64,000 nucleotides of DNA from Alphaproteobacteria bacterium. Lineage in GTDB: Bacteria; Pseudomonadota; Alphaproteobacteria; Bin95. Each line of letters begins with the position of its first letter. Positions within the stretch are counted from its first letter, which is position 1. Position numbers and translations under genes: made by a program. The DNA lies in contig CAXXWS020000002.1 in assembly GCA_963665325.3 (NCBI GenBank), positions 1,274,694 through 1,338,693 on the forward strand, given 5' to 3'. Positions 29,861 to 39,445 of this stretch are shown piece by piece. The notes beneath the pieces are model-generated. The model had not been told where the DNA came from and searched no databases. It worked only from the letters and a program-made list of their open reading frames with translations.

Positions 29861-30715
29861 ATGACCGAAAGCGGCTGGCGCCAGGCGCCGTGGCCCGGCG
29901 GTGCGCGAATTGCGCTGTCGCTGGTGGTGAATGTCGAAGAGGGCGCGGAAGCGCGTATCGACGATGGTGACCCGTATCCCGAGCCCGTGGACGAGCTGGG
30001 CGCCAGCCCGAGGCGCGCGGTCCGCAATTACGGCAATGAGAGCAACTACGCCTACGGCATCAAGGCGGGCGCGCCCAGGGTAATGCGGCTGCTGGAGGAC
30101 CGCGGGCTGAAGGCGACCTTCACGGCGGCCGCCGTGGCGCTGGAGCGCGCGCCGGAGCTTGCGTCCCGGATCGCGGCGGGGGGCCATGAGGTCTGCGCCC
30201 ACGGGCACCGCTGGGTGCATCAGTTCCGGATGGAGGAGGCACAGGAGCGGGCCTTCATAAGCGATGCCGCCGCGTCGATAGAGCGGACGACGGGCGCGCG
30301 TCCGAGCGGCTGGCTGTCGCGCTACCTGCTGACCCCGAATACGAGGCGGCTGCTGATCGAGGAAGGCTACGCCTACCATATGGACGATTATTCCGACGAC
30401 CTGCCGTTCTGGCATGAGGAGCCGACGGGCCGGATCGCGGTCGTGCCCTACGCGCTCGACACCAACGACATGAAGATGTGGACCGACCCCGCCTATACGC
30501 CGGAACAATGGTTCGACTATGCGCGGGAGAGCTTCGACCGGCTTTACCTCGAGGGCGTGAAGGGGGCGCCGAAGATGATGAGCCTCGGCGTGCATCTGCG
30601 GATTATCGGGCGCCCCGGCCGCATCGGCTGGCTGGAGCGGTTCCTCGACCATGTGCAGGAGCATGAGGGTGTGTGGGTGGCGTGTCGGCGGGACATAGCG
30701 GGCTGCCTGCCGTGA
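29861..30715 (+). CDS. polysaccharide deacetylase/PuuE allantoinase-like protein
   Basis: WPGGARIALSLVVNVEEG, HEVCAHGHRW, PYALDTND, GVHLRIIGRPGR. Confidence 0.85.
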   Translation: MTESGWRQAPWPGGARIALSLVVNVEEGAEARIDDGDPYPEPVDELGASPRRAVRNYGNESNYAYGIKAGAPRVMRLLEDRGLKATFTAAAVALERAPELASRIAAGGHEVCAHGHRWVHQFRMEEAQERAFISDAAASIERTTGARPSGWLSRYLLTPNTRRLLIEEGYAYHMDDYSDDLPFWHEEPTGRIAVVPYALDTNDMKMWTDPAYTPEQWFDYARESFDRLYLEGVKGAPKMMSLGVHLRIIGRPGRIGWLERFLDHVQEHEGVWVACRRDIAGCLP

Positions 30716-32064
30716 GCGGGCTGTTCAGCCGGCTCGATGTGCCGGCCATGCTCCGGGACTACCCGATGGGGGCGGCCTTTCTCGATGGGCCGGCGGCACT
30801 TTCCCGCGATGCGCTGCGGGCGCTCCAGGAGCGCCGTTTCGCCCGCGTCATGGAACGCGCCTGGCAGGTGCCCTTTTACCGGGATCGCTGGGCCGCCGCG
30901 GGTATGGAGCCGGGCGACATTTCCGGTCTCGACGACCTGCCGCAGGTCCCGTCATTCTCCAAGGACGACTTGATGGCGAGCGTGGCCGCAGCCCCGCCTT
31001 TTGGAGCGTTCGACGGGCGCAGCGCGGAAAATTCCTTCGCTGTATTCCATACGACTTCGGGCACAACGGGCGTGCCGCAGCCCCTGTTCTACGGGGCCGA
31101 AGATCGCGAAATCCAGAACCTGCTGCTGGCCCGCGCCTATCGCCTGATGGGGCTGCGCGACGACGACATCGTCCACTCGGTCTATGGCTTCGGGACCGTC
31201 AATGGCGGCCATTATGTCCGCGAGGCCGTGACGCATTTCACCGACGCCTTGCTGGTGCCGGCCGGCACCGGGCGCGACATGCCGTCGGAGCAACAGGTCG
31301 AGACCATGGCGCGGTTGGGCGCAACGGTGCTGGTCGGCTTCGGCGACTATGTCCGCCATCTTGCCGAGACGGCGCGGCGAAAGGGGCTGGCCGTTCCCCT
31401 GCGCCTCGTGCTCGGCCATTTCGGCCGCGACGACCGGCAATCGGTTTCCGACGCCTGGGGCGGGGCGGCGGTCTACGATTGGTACGGGGTGGGCGACACC
31501 GGCGTTATCGCCGCCGAGAGCCCCAGCCGCAACGGCCTGCATATCTTCGAGGATGCGCATGTCGTGGAGGCGCTGGACCCCGAAACGGGGACACCGGTCG
31601 AGGACGGCCATGCCGGCAATCTTTGCGCCACCGTGCTCTTCAAGACCGGCATTTATCCCATAGTGCGCTTCGACACGAAGGACCTGACGGTGTTGTCGCC
31701 CCCGGACCCGGCTTCCGGCATCGCATTCCGGCGCATGTCGGGGTTCGAGGGCCGGTCGGACAACATGGTCAAGCTGCGCGGCATCAATGTTTATCCGACG
31801 GCTGTCGGCGCGCTTCTGGCAGACAATGGGGCGCTGACCGGGGAGTATGTGTGCCGCGTGTTCCGCGTCGGCGGGCGCGAGGAAATGGCGGTTACAGTGG
31901 AGGTGCGCGAGACGAACGACCGTCTGGCGGAGGAGGTCGCCGAACGTCTGAGACGCGGCCTCGGCGTCCAGGTTGGAGTCGAACTCGCCGAGCCTGGCGG
32001 AACGGCCGCTCTCACGCAGATACGCGAACGGCAGAAGCCCCTGAGATTGATCGACGAGCGGTGA
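30712..32064 (+). CDS. phenylacetate--CoA ligase family protein
   Basis: TTSGTTG P-loop, GLHIFED, VRFDTKD, GRSDNMVKLRGINVYP; GTG start overlapping the upstream stop. Confidence 0.85.
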   Translation: MSGLFSRLDVPAMLRDYPMGAAFLDGPAALSRDALRALQERRFARVMERAWQVPFYRDRWAAAGMEPGDISGLDDLPQVPSFSKDDLMASVAAAPPFGAFDGRSAENSFAVFHTTSGTTGVPQPLFYGAEDREIQNLLLARAYRLMGLRDDDIVHSVYGFGTVNGGHYVREAVTHFTDALLVPAGTGRDMPSEQQVETMARLGATVLVGFGDYVRHLAETARRKGLAVPLRLVLGHFGRDDRQSVSDAWGGAAVYDWYGVGDTGVIAAESPSRNGLHIFEDAHVVEALDPETGTPVEDGHAGNLCATVLFKTGIYPIVRFDTKDLTVLSPPDPASGIAFRRMSGFEGRSDNMVKLRGINVYPTAVGALLADNGALTGEYVCRVFRVGGREEMAVTVEVRETNDRLAEEVAERLRRGLGVQVGVELAEPGGTAALTQIRERQKPLRLIDER

Positions 32065-33299
32065 CATTCGCTCCCCAGTCGGACGGCGGTGCCGCCCGCG
32101 GAATTTATCGCGGTTGGTGGGTCGCCGCGGGTTGCTTCGTCATGGCGTTTTACGCTTGGGGCGTCGGGTTCTACGGCCACGGTTTCTACATGGTCGTTCT
32201 GGGCCGCTCGACCGGTTGGTCGGCTGCTGTGCTGTCCAGCATGGTCGCGAGCTTCTGGCTGGCGAATGTCGTTGCCAGCCTGGCGCTCGGGCGGCTGACC
32301 GACAGATTTGGCGCGAGCCCCGCGGTCGTTTACGGAACGCTCGCCATGGCGGCAGGCTGCTTCGGGCTGGCGGCATTCGAGGCCGGCTCCTTGGATACGC
32401 GCTGGCAGCTTTTCGCGGTCTTCGCCCTTATGGGCAGCGCGTATCCAGGTCTGGCCGCCATGGCTGTCAGCGCGTCCCTGGTCCCCTGGTTCAAGCGGAG
32501 GCTCGGTCTTGCTCTCGGTATCGCGTTGACCGGTGCGAGCGGTGGCGGTGCGGTCATGCCGCCGCTGTTGAACTGGCTCTCCGCCCGATACGGATTCGGC
32601 CCCGCCATGACGGGGATCGGGGCTGTGCTCATCCTCTCGACATTGCCGATTGCGTTGTTTCTGGTCCGGCCGCCCAGACACCGGGAAGCAGCCAGCGAAC
32701 TGGGCACGACCGCCGCCGCCGCTGCGCGGGACAAGCCGCCGCCGGTGCGGTTCCTGGGCGACTTCCGGTTCTGGCTCATCACATCGGCCTGCAGCCTGTC
32801 GCTCGGTGCGCAGGTCGGTTTCCTGATGCACCAGATACCGCTGTTGCAGGGCGCTCTCGGGCTTTCCGGCGCGGCATTCGCGGTCAGCATCGCGGCATTG
32901 AGCGCGGCCGCCGGACGGTTTGTGCTGGGGGCATTGAGCGGCCGTTTCTCCCTGCCGGTTCTGGCCGCCGGCTGCTACCTGATCCAGGTGGTTGGGCTGC
33001 TGCTGTTGCTCGCCGGGGAACCGCCTGCCTTGCTCTTTGTCGCCTCGGCGATCGCAGGCTTCGTCATCGGATGCATCGTGATGCTGCCGCCGCTGCTGAT
33101 CGTGGACAGCTTCGGCGCGGAAGGCTACGGCACGGCATACGGGATCACAGCCGCCGCGATGTTCGTCATGGCGAGCCTGGCCACCGCCGCGAGCGGCTGG
33201 CTGTTCGAGGCGACCGGGGCTTATCGCTGGCCGCTGATCGCACTAGCGGGCCTGCATGTGCTGGCAAGCCTTCTGGTGCTGTGGCACGGTCGGCGATAA
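32061..33299 (+). CDS. MFS transporter (OFA/MCT-like)
   Basis: YRGWWVAA, GRLTDRFG, WFKRRLGLALG; GTGA overlap. Confidence 0.85.
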   Translation: MTFAPQSDGGAARGIYRGWWVAAGCFVMAFYAWGVGFYGHGFYMVVLGRSTGWSAAVLSSMVASFWLANVVASLALGRLTDRFGASPAVVYGTLAMAAGCFGLAAFEAGSLDTRWQLFAVFALMGSAYPGLAAMAVSASLVPWFKRRLGLALGIALTGASGGGAVMPPLLNWLSARYGFGPAMTGIGAVLILSTLPIALFLVRPPRHREAASELGTTAAAAARDKPPPVRFLGDFRFWLITSACSLSLGAQVGFLMHQIPLLQGALGLSGAAFAVSIAALSAAAGRFVLGALSGRFSLPVLAAGCYLIQVVGLLLLLAGEPPALLFVASAIAGFVIGCIVMLPPLLIVDSFGAEGYGTAYGITAAAMFVMASLATAASGWLFEATGAYRWPLIALAGLHVLASLLVLWHGRR

Positions 33300-33319
33300 C
33301 GAGCCGGCGAGACTGTTCT

Positions 33320-34570
33320 ATGAGCACCGACCTTTCCCTGTCCGAACTCCGTGAGGACTATGCCGCCGGGATTCTCGATCCGATTGCTGTCACGGAGGCT
33401 TATCTCGAACGGATCGAGCGGGAGAACCCCGACCTCAATGCCTATGTCACGGTGACGGCCGAGGCCGCGCGGGAGGGGGCGTCGGTGTCGGCGGCGCGCT
33501 GGCGGGCGGGAAAGCCGGCCTCCGCCATCGACGGCGCGCCCATCGCGGTGAAGGACAATATCGACATGGCCGGCGCCGTCACCACGAACGGCCTGCCGGG
33601 CGGCCGGCTTGCGGCGGCGGATGCGCCCGTTGTCGCGCGGCTCCGGGAAGTCGGCGCGGTGCTGCTCGGCAAGACCAATCTGCACGAGGCGGCGTTCGGC
33701 ACGACAACTTTCAACCCGCATTGGGGCATGACCCACAACCCGCATTGCGAGGGGTGGACAGCGGGCGGCTCCAGCGGCGGCTCCGGCGCCGCAGTGGCGG
33801 GCGGACTGGCGGTCGCCGCGCTCGGCTCCGACACCATGGGCTCGATACGCCTGCCGGCGGCCTATTGCGGCTGTTTCGGCCTGAAGCCGACCCAGGGCGC
33901 GGCACCGCTCGACGGCGTCGCGCCGCTCGCGCCGAGCTTCGACCATGTGGGGCCGCTGGCACGCACGGCCGAGGACGCGCTGGCCCTGCTGGAGGTTATG
34001 TCGGGCCGTCCGGCGGGTCCGGAGGGCAGCTGGCATCCGGTGCGGCTTGCGGCGTTCGACGCGGTTGCGCTGGAGCCCGAGGTGGAGGACGCCATGCCGG
34101 CGCTCGACCTGCCGGCGTTGGACTGGCCCAGCTACGACCCTTCGGCGGCGCGCAAGGCGGCGCTGCTGGTTATTGAGGCGGAGGCCTTCGCGGCGCTCGG
34201 AATACCTGAGGGGGCGTCGGACGAATTGCGCGGCTTTCTGGACTACGGCGCGAAGCTGGCTCCGGAGCGGCTGGCGGCTACACGCGAGATGCTCCGGCCA
34301 ATCCGGGAGGGCGCCGCGGAGCGCATCGGCGACGCCGTAATCATCGCGCCCGTTGCGACCTGCGGCCCGTTCCCGCGCTCGCGCAAGGCGCCCGCCAGCC
34401 AGGCCGAATTGCTGGCATTCGCCAACCTCACCGGCCTGCCCGCGCTCGCCTTCCCCTGCGGGCGGATGGCGAACGGCATGCCCTTCGCCCTGCAGGCGAT
34501 TGCGGGTCCCGGCCGGGAGGCGGCGCTGGTGGCGGCGAGCCGGGCGTTCGGGGCCGGGGTCCGGCATTGA
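33320..34570 (+). CDS. amidase signature family protein
   Basis: PIAVKDNID, GKTNLHE, AGGSSGGSG, GSDTMGSIRLPA. Confidence 0.88.
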   Translation: MSTDLSLSELREDYAAGILDPIAVTEAYLERIERENPDLNAYVTVTAEAAREGASVSAARWRAGKPASAIDGAPIAVKDNIDMAGAVTTNGLPGGRLAAADAPVVARLREVGAVLLGKTNLHEAAFGTTTFNPHWGMTHNPHCEGWTAGGSSGGSGAAVAGGLAVAALGSDTMGSIRLPAAYCGCFGLKPTQGAAPLDGVAPLAPSFDHVGPLARTAEDALALLEVMSGRPAGPEGSWHPVRLAAFDAVALEPEVEDAMPALDLPALDWPSYDPSAARKAALLVIEAEAFAALGIPEGASDELRGFLDYGAKLAPERLAATREMLRPIREGAAERIGDAVIIAPVATCGPFPRSRKAPASQAELLAFANLTGLPALAFPCGRMANGMPFALQAIAGPGREAALVAASRAFGAGVRH

Positions 34571-34674
34571 CAGACGCGCAGCAGGGCCTTCGCGGGCTGA
34601 GAATGGGGCCTCCGGCGGCGGCGATGCCTTTGGCGTGAAGGCGCTTCGCGGGCGGCAGCGTCGAGCCGGAGAAC

Positions 34675-34878
34675 TAGAGCACGGTCTGTTCGAGTTGAAA
34701 CGAAGTCGAACGCGCAGCCTCAATTGTCACCCCGGACGGAGCGGAGCGGAGATCCGGGGTCCAGACTACCGGAGCTTCACCAGGTTTCGAAGGCGGTACT
34801 GGACCCCGGCTCGGAGGCCGGGGTGACAGTTTTGGGTTCGGTTCCAGTTGCGGTTCAATTCGCTTGGATTCCGCTCTA
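34675..34878. repeat. intact 204-bp TA-bounded repeat (MITE-like) with internal inverted REP doublet; empty IS target
   Basis: Ends TAGAGC...GCTCTA with imperfect IR extending to TTGAA/TTCAA; internal GTCACCCCGG...CCGGGGTCCA and TGGACCCCGGCTCGGAGGCCGGGGTGAC; core CG at 34807-08. Confidence 0.9.
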
Positions 34879-34923
34879 AATTGCAGTTTGTTCAAATTAT
34901 CGGAAATATTTCTTATTTTTCGC

Positions 34924-34952
34924 TTGACACCGTGAACACTCATGCCTAGATG
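34924..34952 (+). promoter_or_regulatory. sigma70-like promoter
   Basis: TTGACA-N17-TAGATG preceded by an AT-rich tract (34880-34923). Confidence 0.45.
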
Positions 34953-35257
34953 AGGCGGAAGGAAGCGGCGTCCGGAGGTCGCTTCAACTCGCACAGACGC
35001 GAAAGAGCCGGAGAAACCGACGGGAGAAGCGCGCCCGCGCCCGAACCGTCACGCGCGTGGGTGCATGCATGCGCAATCAGGCGCGCGAACCGCGCCGGCG
35101 CCACACACCCGCCCGCTCGCGTGCGATACGCGCGAATTAGGGTTCCGCCGCAGGTCGGCCGGCGGCGGCGCATACGGAACGGAGCGGAACGCAACGCGAT
35201 GGAGAAACGGCATGCGGAATACGGACGGACGGCGATGGGACCGGAGGCGCGGCGGAC

Positions 35258-35315
35258 CATGACAAAACATGACATTTCCGCCGGGCTTCATCACAAAACA
35301 TGACAATTCATGACA
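35258..35315 (+). repeat. 10-bp-period CATGACA direct-repeat array
   Basis: CATGACA at 35258, 35268, 35299, 35309 and CATCACA at 35289. Confidence 0.8.
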
Positions 35316-35427
35316 TATCGAAGGGGGGCTCCCCGCCCGGATTGCCGGGAGCGGCGCCTTCGTTTGGGCATCCGCATCGGTCCGGAGTAGAATCGGCCAG
35401 GTGCGGCACGGATGCGGGGGGTCCTGC

Positions 35428-36654
35428 GTGACGGAACGATTGCCTTTCGACGGCCTCAGGGTCATCGACTTCACCCACGTCATCGCGGGGCCGCTGGCGA
35501 CCTGCCAGCTTGCGATGCTGGGCGCGGATGTCGTGAAGATCGAGCCGCCGGGCCGGGGCGACCAGCTTCGGCGCATGGGCGGCGAGCCGGATCGCGCGAA
35601 GGACGGAATGAGCGGCGGTTTCCTCGCCATCAACGCCGGCAAGCGCTCGCTCGCGCTGGACCTGAAGCAGCCGGAAGGCCGCGATGCGGCGCTCAGGCTG
35701 GTCGCCGGGGCCGACGTGGTGACGGAGAACTTCCGCCCTGGCGTGATGGAGCGGCTGGGGCTGGGCGCGGAGGCGGTGCGGGAGCTCAACCCGCGCGCGG
35801 TCTATTGCTCGCTCTCGGGCTACGGGCGCCACCCGGACTGGGCCTGGCGTCCGGCCTACGACCACATCGTGCAGGGCGTGGCGGGCGCCATGTGGACGCA
35901 GGGCGAGGAGGGCGAGCCGCCTGCCAAGATCGGCTTCCCGATGGCCGACACGGCAGCCGGCTATGCCGCTTTCACGGCCATCTGCGTCGCGCTGATCGAG
36001 CGGAACGCTACCGGCCGGGGCCGGCATATCGATGTGTCGATGACCGCCGCCACGCTCGCCATGATGGCGACGCCGGTTTACGGCTTCCTCGCGACGGGGC
36101 GCCTGCCGGCGCGGATCGGCAACACGGCCTTCTCGGGTTCGCCGGCTTCCGGCACTTACGAGACGGCGGACGCGCCGGTGGTGCTGACCGCGAACACCGA
36201 GGCGCAGTTCCGCGGCCTCTGCGCCGCACTCGGGCTAGAGGGCCTTGCCGATGCCTCCGATCCATTGTCCTGGCGCGACCCGGACGTGGACCTCTCCCAT
36301 GTGCGCGGCGCCATCGCGGCCTGCGTCCGGAAGAAGGACGCCGCCCACTGGGAGCGGGTGCTGAACGAGGCGGGCGTGCCGACCGGCAAAGTGCGCACTG
36401 TGCCGGAGGTGTTAGCGGAAGCGTGCATCGCCGAGCGCGGTTTCGTTTCCGACATCCCGGATCCGGCCCAACCTGGCGAAAGCTTCAAGGTCCACGGCGC
36501 GCCTTACGCCTTCGACGGCGAGACCCCTGCGCCGTCGGGCCCGGTGCCGCATCTGGGCGAGCATTCGCGCGTGCTGCTCGCCGAAGCGGGCTTCGACGCT
36601 GCAGAGATCGACGCCCTGTTCGCGGCCGGGACAGTGGAGGAGATGCAGGCATGA
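35428..36654 (+). CDS. family III CoA-transferase (CaiB/BaiF)
   Basis: GLRVIDFTHVIAGP, LGADVVKIE, NAGKRS, ENFRPGV, AYD (catalytic Asp), PHLGEH. Confidence 0.92.
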   Translation: MTERLPFDGLRVIDFTHVIAGPLATCQLAMLGADVVKIEPPGRGDQLRRMGGEPDRAKDGMSGGFLAINAGKRSLALDLKQPEGRDAALRLVAGADVVTENFRPGVMERLGLGAEAVRELNPRAVYCSLSGYGRHPDWAWRPAYDHIVQGVAGAMWTQGEEGEPPAKIGFPMADTAAGYAAFTAICVALIERNATGRGRHIDVSMTAATLAMMATPVYGFLATGRLPARIGNTAFSGSPASGTYETADAPVVLTANTEAQFRGLCAALGLEGLADASDPLSWRDPDVDLSHVRGAIAACVRKKDAAHWERVLNEAGVPTGKVRTVPEVLAEACIAERGFVSDIPDPAQPGESFKVHGAPYAFDGETPAPSGPVPHLGEHSRVLLAEAGFDAAEIDALFAAGTVEEMQA

Positions 36655-37661
36655 CGCTCAGAAAGCCGCTCGACCATCCGAGCGTCTGGCGGCGCGACGA
36701 CATGGCCGGGCGGGACGACTGGATTCGTGTCTTCTCGGATGAGGAACTGGAGGAGATTCGCGCCGCGCTCCCGCGCCGCTTCGGCGCGCCGGGCTTCGGC
36801 AAGGCGGACTTCCCGCTGCCGGTGCTGGGTCCGCGTCTCGTGGAGATGGTGGACGAGCTGGAGAACGGGCGCGGCTTCGTGGTGATGCGCGGCCTCGACC
36901 GGCTGGGGCTCGATCCGCAGGGCCTCCGCGATGTCTATTGGGGCCTTGCCCGGCATATGGGGCGGACGATCTCGCAGAACTCGACCGGCGCGCTCATTGG
37001 CGAAGTGTTCGATCGGGGCCTCGACTACGACGACAACAATGTGCGCGGCCACACGACCAATGCGGAGATCGGACCGCATTGCGACACGGCGGATATCGTC
37101 GGTCTGCTTTGCGTCCATCCGGCGGAAGAGGGCGGAGAGAGCCTGATTGCCTCATCGGGGGCGATCTACAACGAGATTCTCGCCACCGCGCCGCATCTGG
37201 TCGAGGCGCTGGCGGCCGGCTTCCGCATCGACCTTGCAGGCAAGGGGCCGACAGGGGCGGCCGACGAGGTGACGCGCTCGCGCATCCCCATCTACTCCTG
37301 GTACGAGGGGCGGCTCTCCTGCCGGTTCAACCGCAAGCAGATCGAGGACGGGCAGCGCAAGCTCGGCCGCAGCCTCACGGACGAAGAGCTTGAAGCGGTG
37401 GAGACGGTCGAACGGCTGGCGCTCGACCCGCGCTTCCGGCTCGACATGGATTTCCGCCGGGGCGACATCCAGTGGCTCAACAACCACGCCATCCTGCATG
37501 GGCGGGCCGGATACCGGGACAGCGCCGACCCGGAGCGTCGCCGGCTGCTGCTCCGGCTCTGGATGAATATTCCGAACGGCCGGCCGCTGGCGCCGGCCTT
37601 CGCCGACCGGCTGAACACGGGGCCGCGCGGCGGCGTCTATGCGAGGGAAGTGAGGGCGTAA
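36651..37661 (+). CDS. TauD/TfdA-family Fe(II)/2-oxoglutarate dioxygenase
   Basis: HCD...NNHAILHGR facial triad, RLLLRLW. Confidence 0.85.
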   Translation: MTLRKPLDHPSVWRRDDMAGRDDWIRVFSDEELEEIRAALPRRFGAPGFGKADFPLPVLGPRLVEMVDELENGRGFVVMRGLDRLGLDPQGLRDVYWGLARHMGRTISQNSTGALIGEVFDRGLDYDDNNVRGHTTNAEIGPHCDTADIVGLLCVHPAEEGGESLIASSGAIYNEILATAPHLVEALAAGFRIDLAGKGPTGAADEVTRSRIPIYSWYEGRLSCRFNRKQIEDGQRKLGRSLTDEELEAVETVERLALDPRFRLDMDFRRGDIQWLNNHAILHGRAGYRDSADPERRRLLLRLWMNIPNGRPLAPAFADRLNTGPRGGVYAREVRA

Positions 37662-37665
37662 GGCG

Positions 37666-38658
37666 ATGGCTCGAATACGGACCCCGATCTGCGAGCGGCT
37701 GGGGATCGAGCACCCGGTGTTCCAGGCCGGCATGGGGTGGGTCGCCCGCGCCGACTTGGCGGCGGCGGTCTCGGAGGCGGGCGGCCTCGGCGTGGTCGGT
37801 GCCGGCTCCACGATGGACGGGGAGCAGTTGCGCGCTGAAATCCGCCGGGTGCGGGCGCTGACGGACAAGCCCTTCGGCGTCGATATCCTGTTCGCAACCG
37901 TGCGCGCGGAGGGTGAGCGGGTGGCGCGCTACACCGACACGGTGCAGGGGATGGTCGAGGCCGTGCTGGACGAGCGCGTGCCGGTGCTGGTTTCCGGCCT
38001 CGGCAGCCCGGCGGCGGTCGTGCCGGCGGCGCATGAGCGCGGCATCTATGTCATGTCCGTGGTGGGCGCAGTGCGTCATGCCCAGAAGGCGGTTTCGGAC
38101 GGCGTGGATGCGGTGATCGCGACGGGTATGGACGGCGGCGGTCATGTCGGGCGCATCGGCACGGCGGCGCTCATTCCGGCCGTGGTGGATGCGGTGGAGG
38201 TGCCCGTGCTGGCCGGTGGCGGGCTGGCCGACGGGCGCGGCCTTGCGGCAGCGCTCGCGTTCGGTGCCCAGGGCGTGTGGATGGGCACGCGTTTCATCGC
38301 CACGGCCGAGAGCCGCAGCCATGACAATTACAAGCACCGGATTGCCGACACGGATGTAGCCGGCACGGTCGTGACGCGGGCCCATAGCGGCAAGCCCTGC
38401 CGGCTGATCGACAATGACTTCACCCGTGGCTGGGCCGGGCGCGAGGCGGAGATCAAGCCCTTCCCGCTCCAGGCGATGGAGGTGGGCCATCCGGCCTCCG
38501 AGCGCGGGCGGATCGAGGGCGATGTTGAGGCCGGTGTGCTGCCGGCCGGACAGAGCTGCGGCATGATCGGCGATGTCGTGCCGGCGGGTGAAATCGTGCG
38601 CCGGGTCGTCGAGGAGGCGACCGCGGCGATGGAGAGGATGCGGTCTTTCGGAGGGTGA
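37666..38658 (+). CDS. nitronate monooxygenase/FabK-family flavoprotein
   Basis: LGIEHPVFQAGMG, GGGHVG, AGGGLADGRG, MGTRF, AGQS. Confidence 0.88.
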   Translation: MARIRTPICERLGIEHPVFQAGMGWVARADLAAAVSEAGGLGVVGAGSTMDGEQLRAEIRRVRALTDKPFGVDILFATVRAEGERVARYTDTVQGMVEAVLDERVPVLVSGLGSPAAVVPAAHERGIYVMSVVGAVRHAQKAVSDGVDAVIATGMDGGGHVGRIGTAALIPAVVDAVEVPVLAGGGLADGRGLAAALAFGAQGVWMGTRFIATAESRSHDNYKHRIADTDVAGTVVTRAHSGKPCRLIDNDFTRGWAGREAEIKPFPLQAMEVGHPASERGRIEGDVEAGVLPAGQSCGMIGDVVPAGEIVRRVVEEATAAMERMRSFGG

Positions 38659-38665
38659 TCGACAG

Positions 38666-39445
38666 ATGCGAATGAAGGACAAGTGCGGGATCGTGACCGC
38701 GGCCGGCTCCGGCATGGGGCGCGCCGGGGCCATCCGGTTTGCGCAGGAAGGAGCGGCCGTCGCGGTTGTCGATATCGACGTCGAGGCCGTGCAGGCGGTC
38801 GTGGCCGAGATCGAGGCGGCGGGCGGACGCGCCGTCGGGATTACGGCGGACCTCACGCAGGACGAGGACAGCCGGCGGATCGTACGCGAAGCGGCTAACG
38901 CGTTCGGCGGCATCGATTTCGTCTGGAACCATGTCGGCCATCCGGGTCCGGCCTCGATCGAAGGCATCGAGATGAAGGACTTCGACACGGCCGTGACGCT
39001 CAACATGCGCACGGTGCTCGTCACCACCGAGGCGGCGATACCGGAGATCCGTGCACGGGGCGGCGGCGCGCTGCTCTACACGGCCTCCACCTCGGGCCTG
39101 CAGGGTTCGCAATTCAGCCCGGTCTATTCGGCCGTGAAGCATGGCGTGGTCGGCTTCGTGAAGGCGCTCGGCAAGCGGCTCGCGAAGGAGAACATCCGCG
39201 TGAACGCCATCTGCCCCGGCCCCGTCGACACGCCGATGCTGCGCGTGTTCGTGGCGCGCCCGGACCAGCAATCGACCCACGGCCTCGACAAGGAGCAGCT
39301 GATCGCCCGGCATGGCGGCGCGCTGCCCATGGGGCGGCCGGGCCGGCCGGAGGAGATCGCCAACGCGGCGCTCTTCCTGCTCTCCGACGAAGCCTCGTTC
39401 GTCACGGCCACGACGCTGGCGGTGGACGGCGGCTCGACCGCGTGA
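38666..39445 (+). CDS. short-chain dehydrogenase/reductase
   Basis: TAAGSGMG, YSAVK, IRVNAICPG, VDGG. Confidence 0.9.
   Translation: MRMKDKCGIVTAAGSGMGRAGAIRFAQEGAAVAVVDIDVEAVQAVVAEIEAAGGRAVGITADLTQDEDSRRIVREAANAFGGIDFVWNHVGHPGPASIEGIEMKDFDTAVTLNMRTVLVTTEAAIPEIRARGGGALLYTASTSGLQGSQFSPVYSAVKHGVVGFVKALGKRLAKENIRVNAICPGPVDTPMLRVFVARPDQQSTHGLDKEQLIARHGGALPMGRPGRPEEIANAALFLLSDEASFVTATTLAVDGGSTA

Noticed and set aside
34950-35303. 117-aa ORF as a real CDS
   Set aside because: Arg/Ala-rich, no recognisable domain, and the start overlaps the putative -10 box; treated as part of the element finding instead
35258-35315. CATGACA repeats as a CRISPR array
   Set aside because: 7-bp units with 3-bp gaps, no spacers, no cas genes
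32114-37661. 818-aa and 749-aa ORFs
   Set aside because: The N-terminal parts are off-frame overlaps of upstream genes; the real starts are 33320 and 36651
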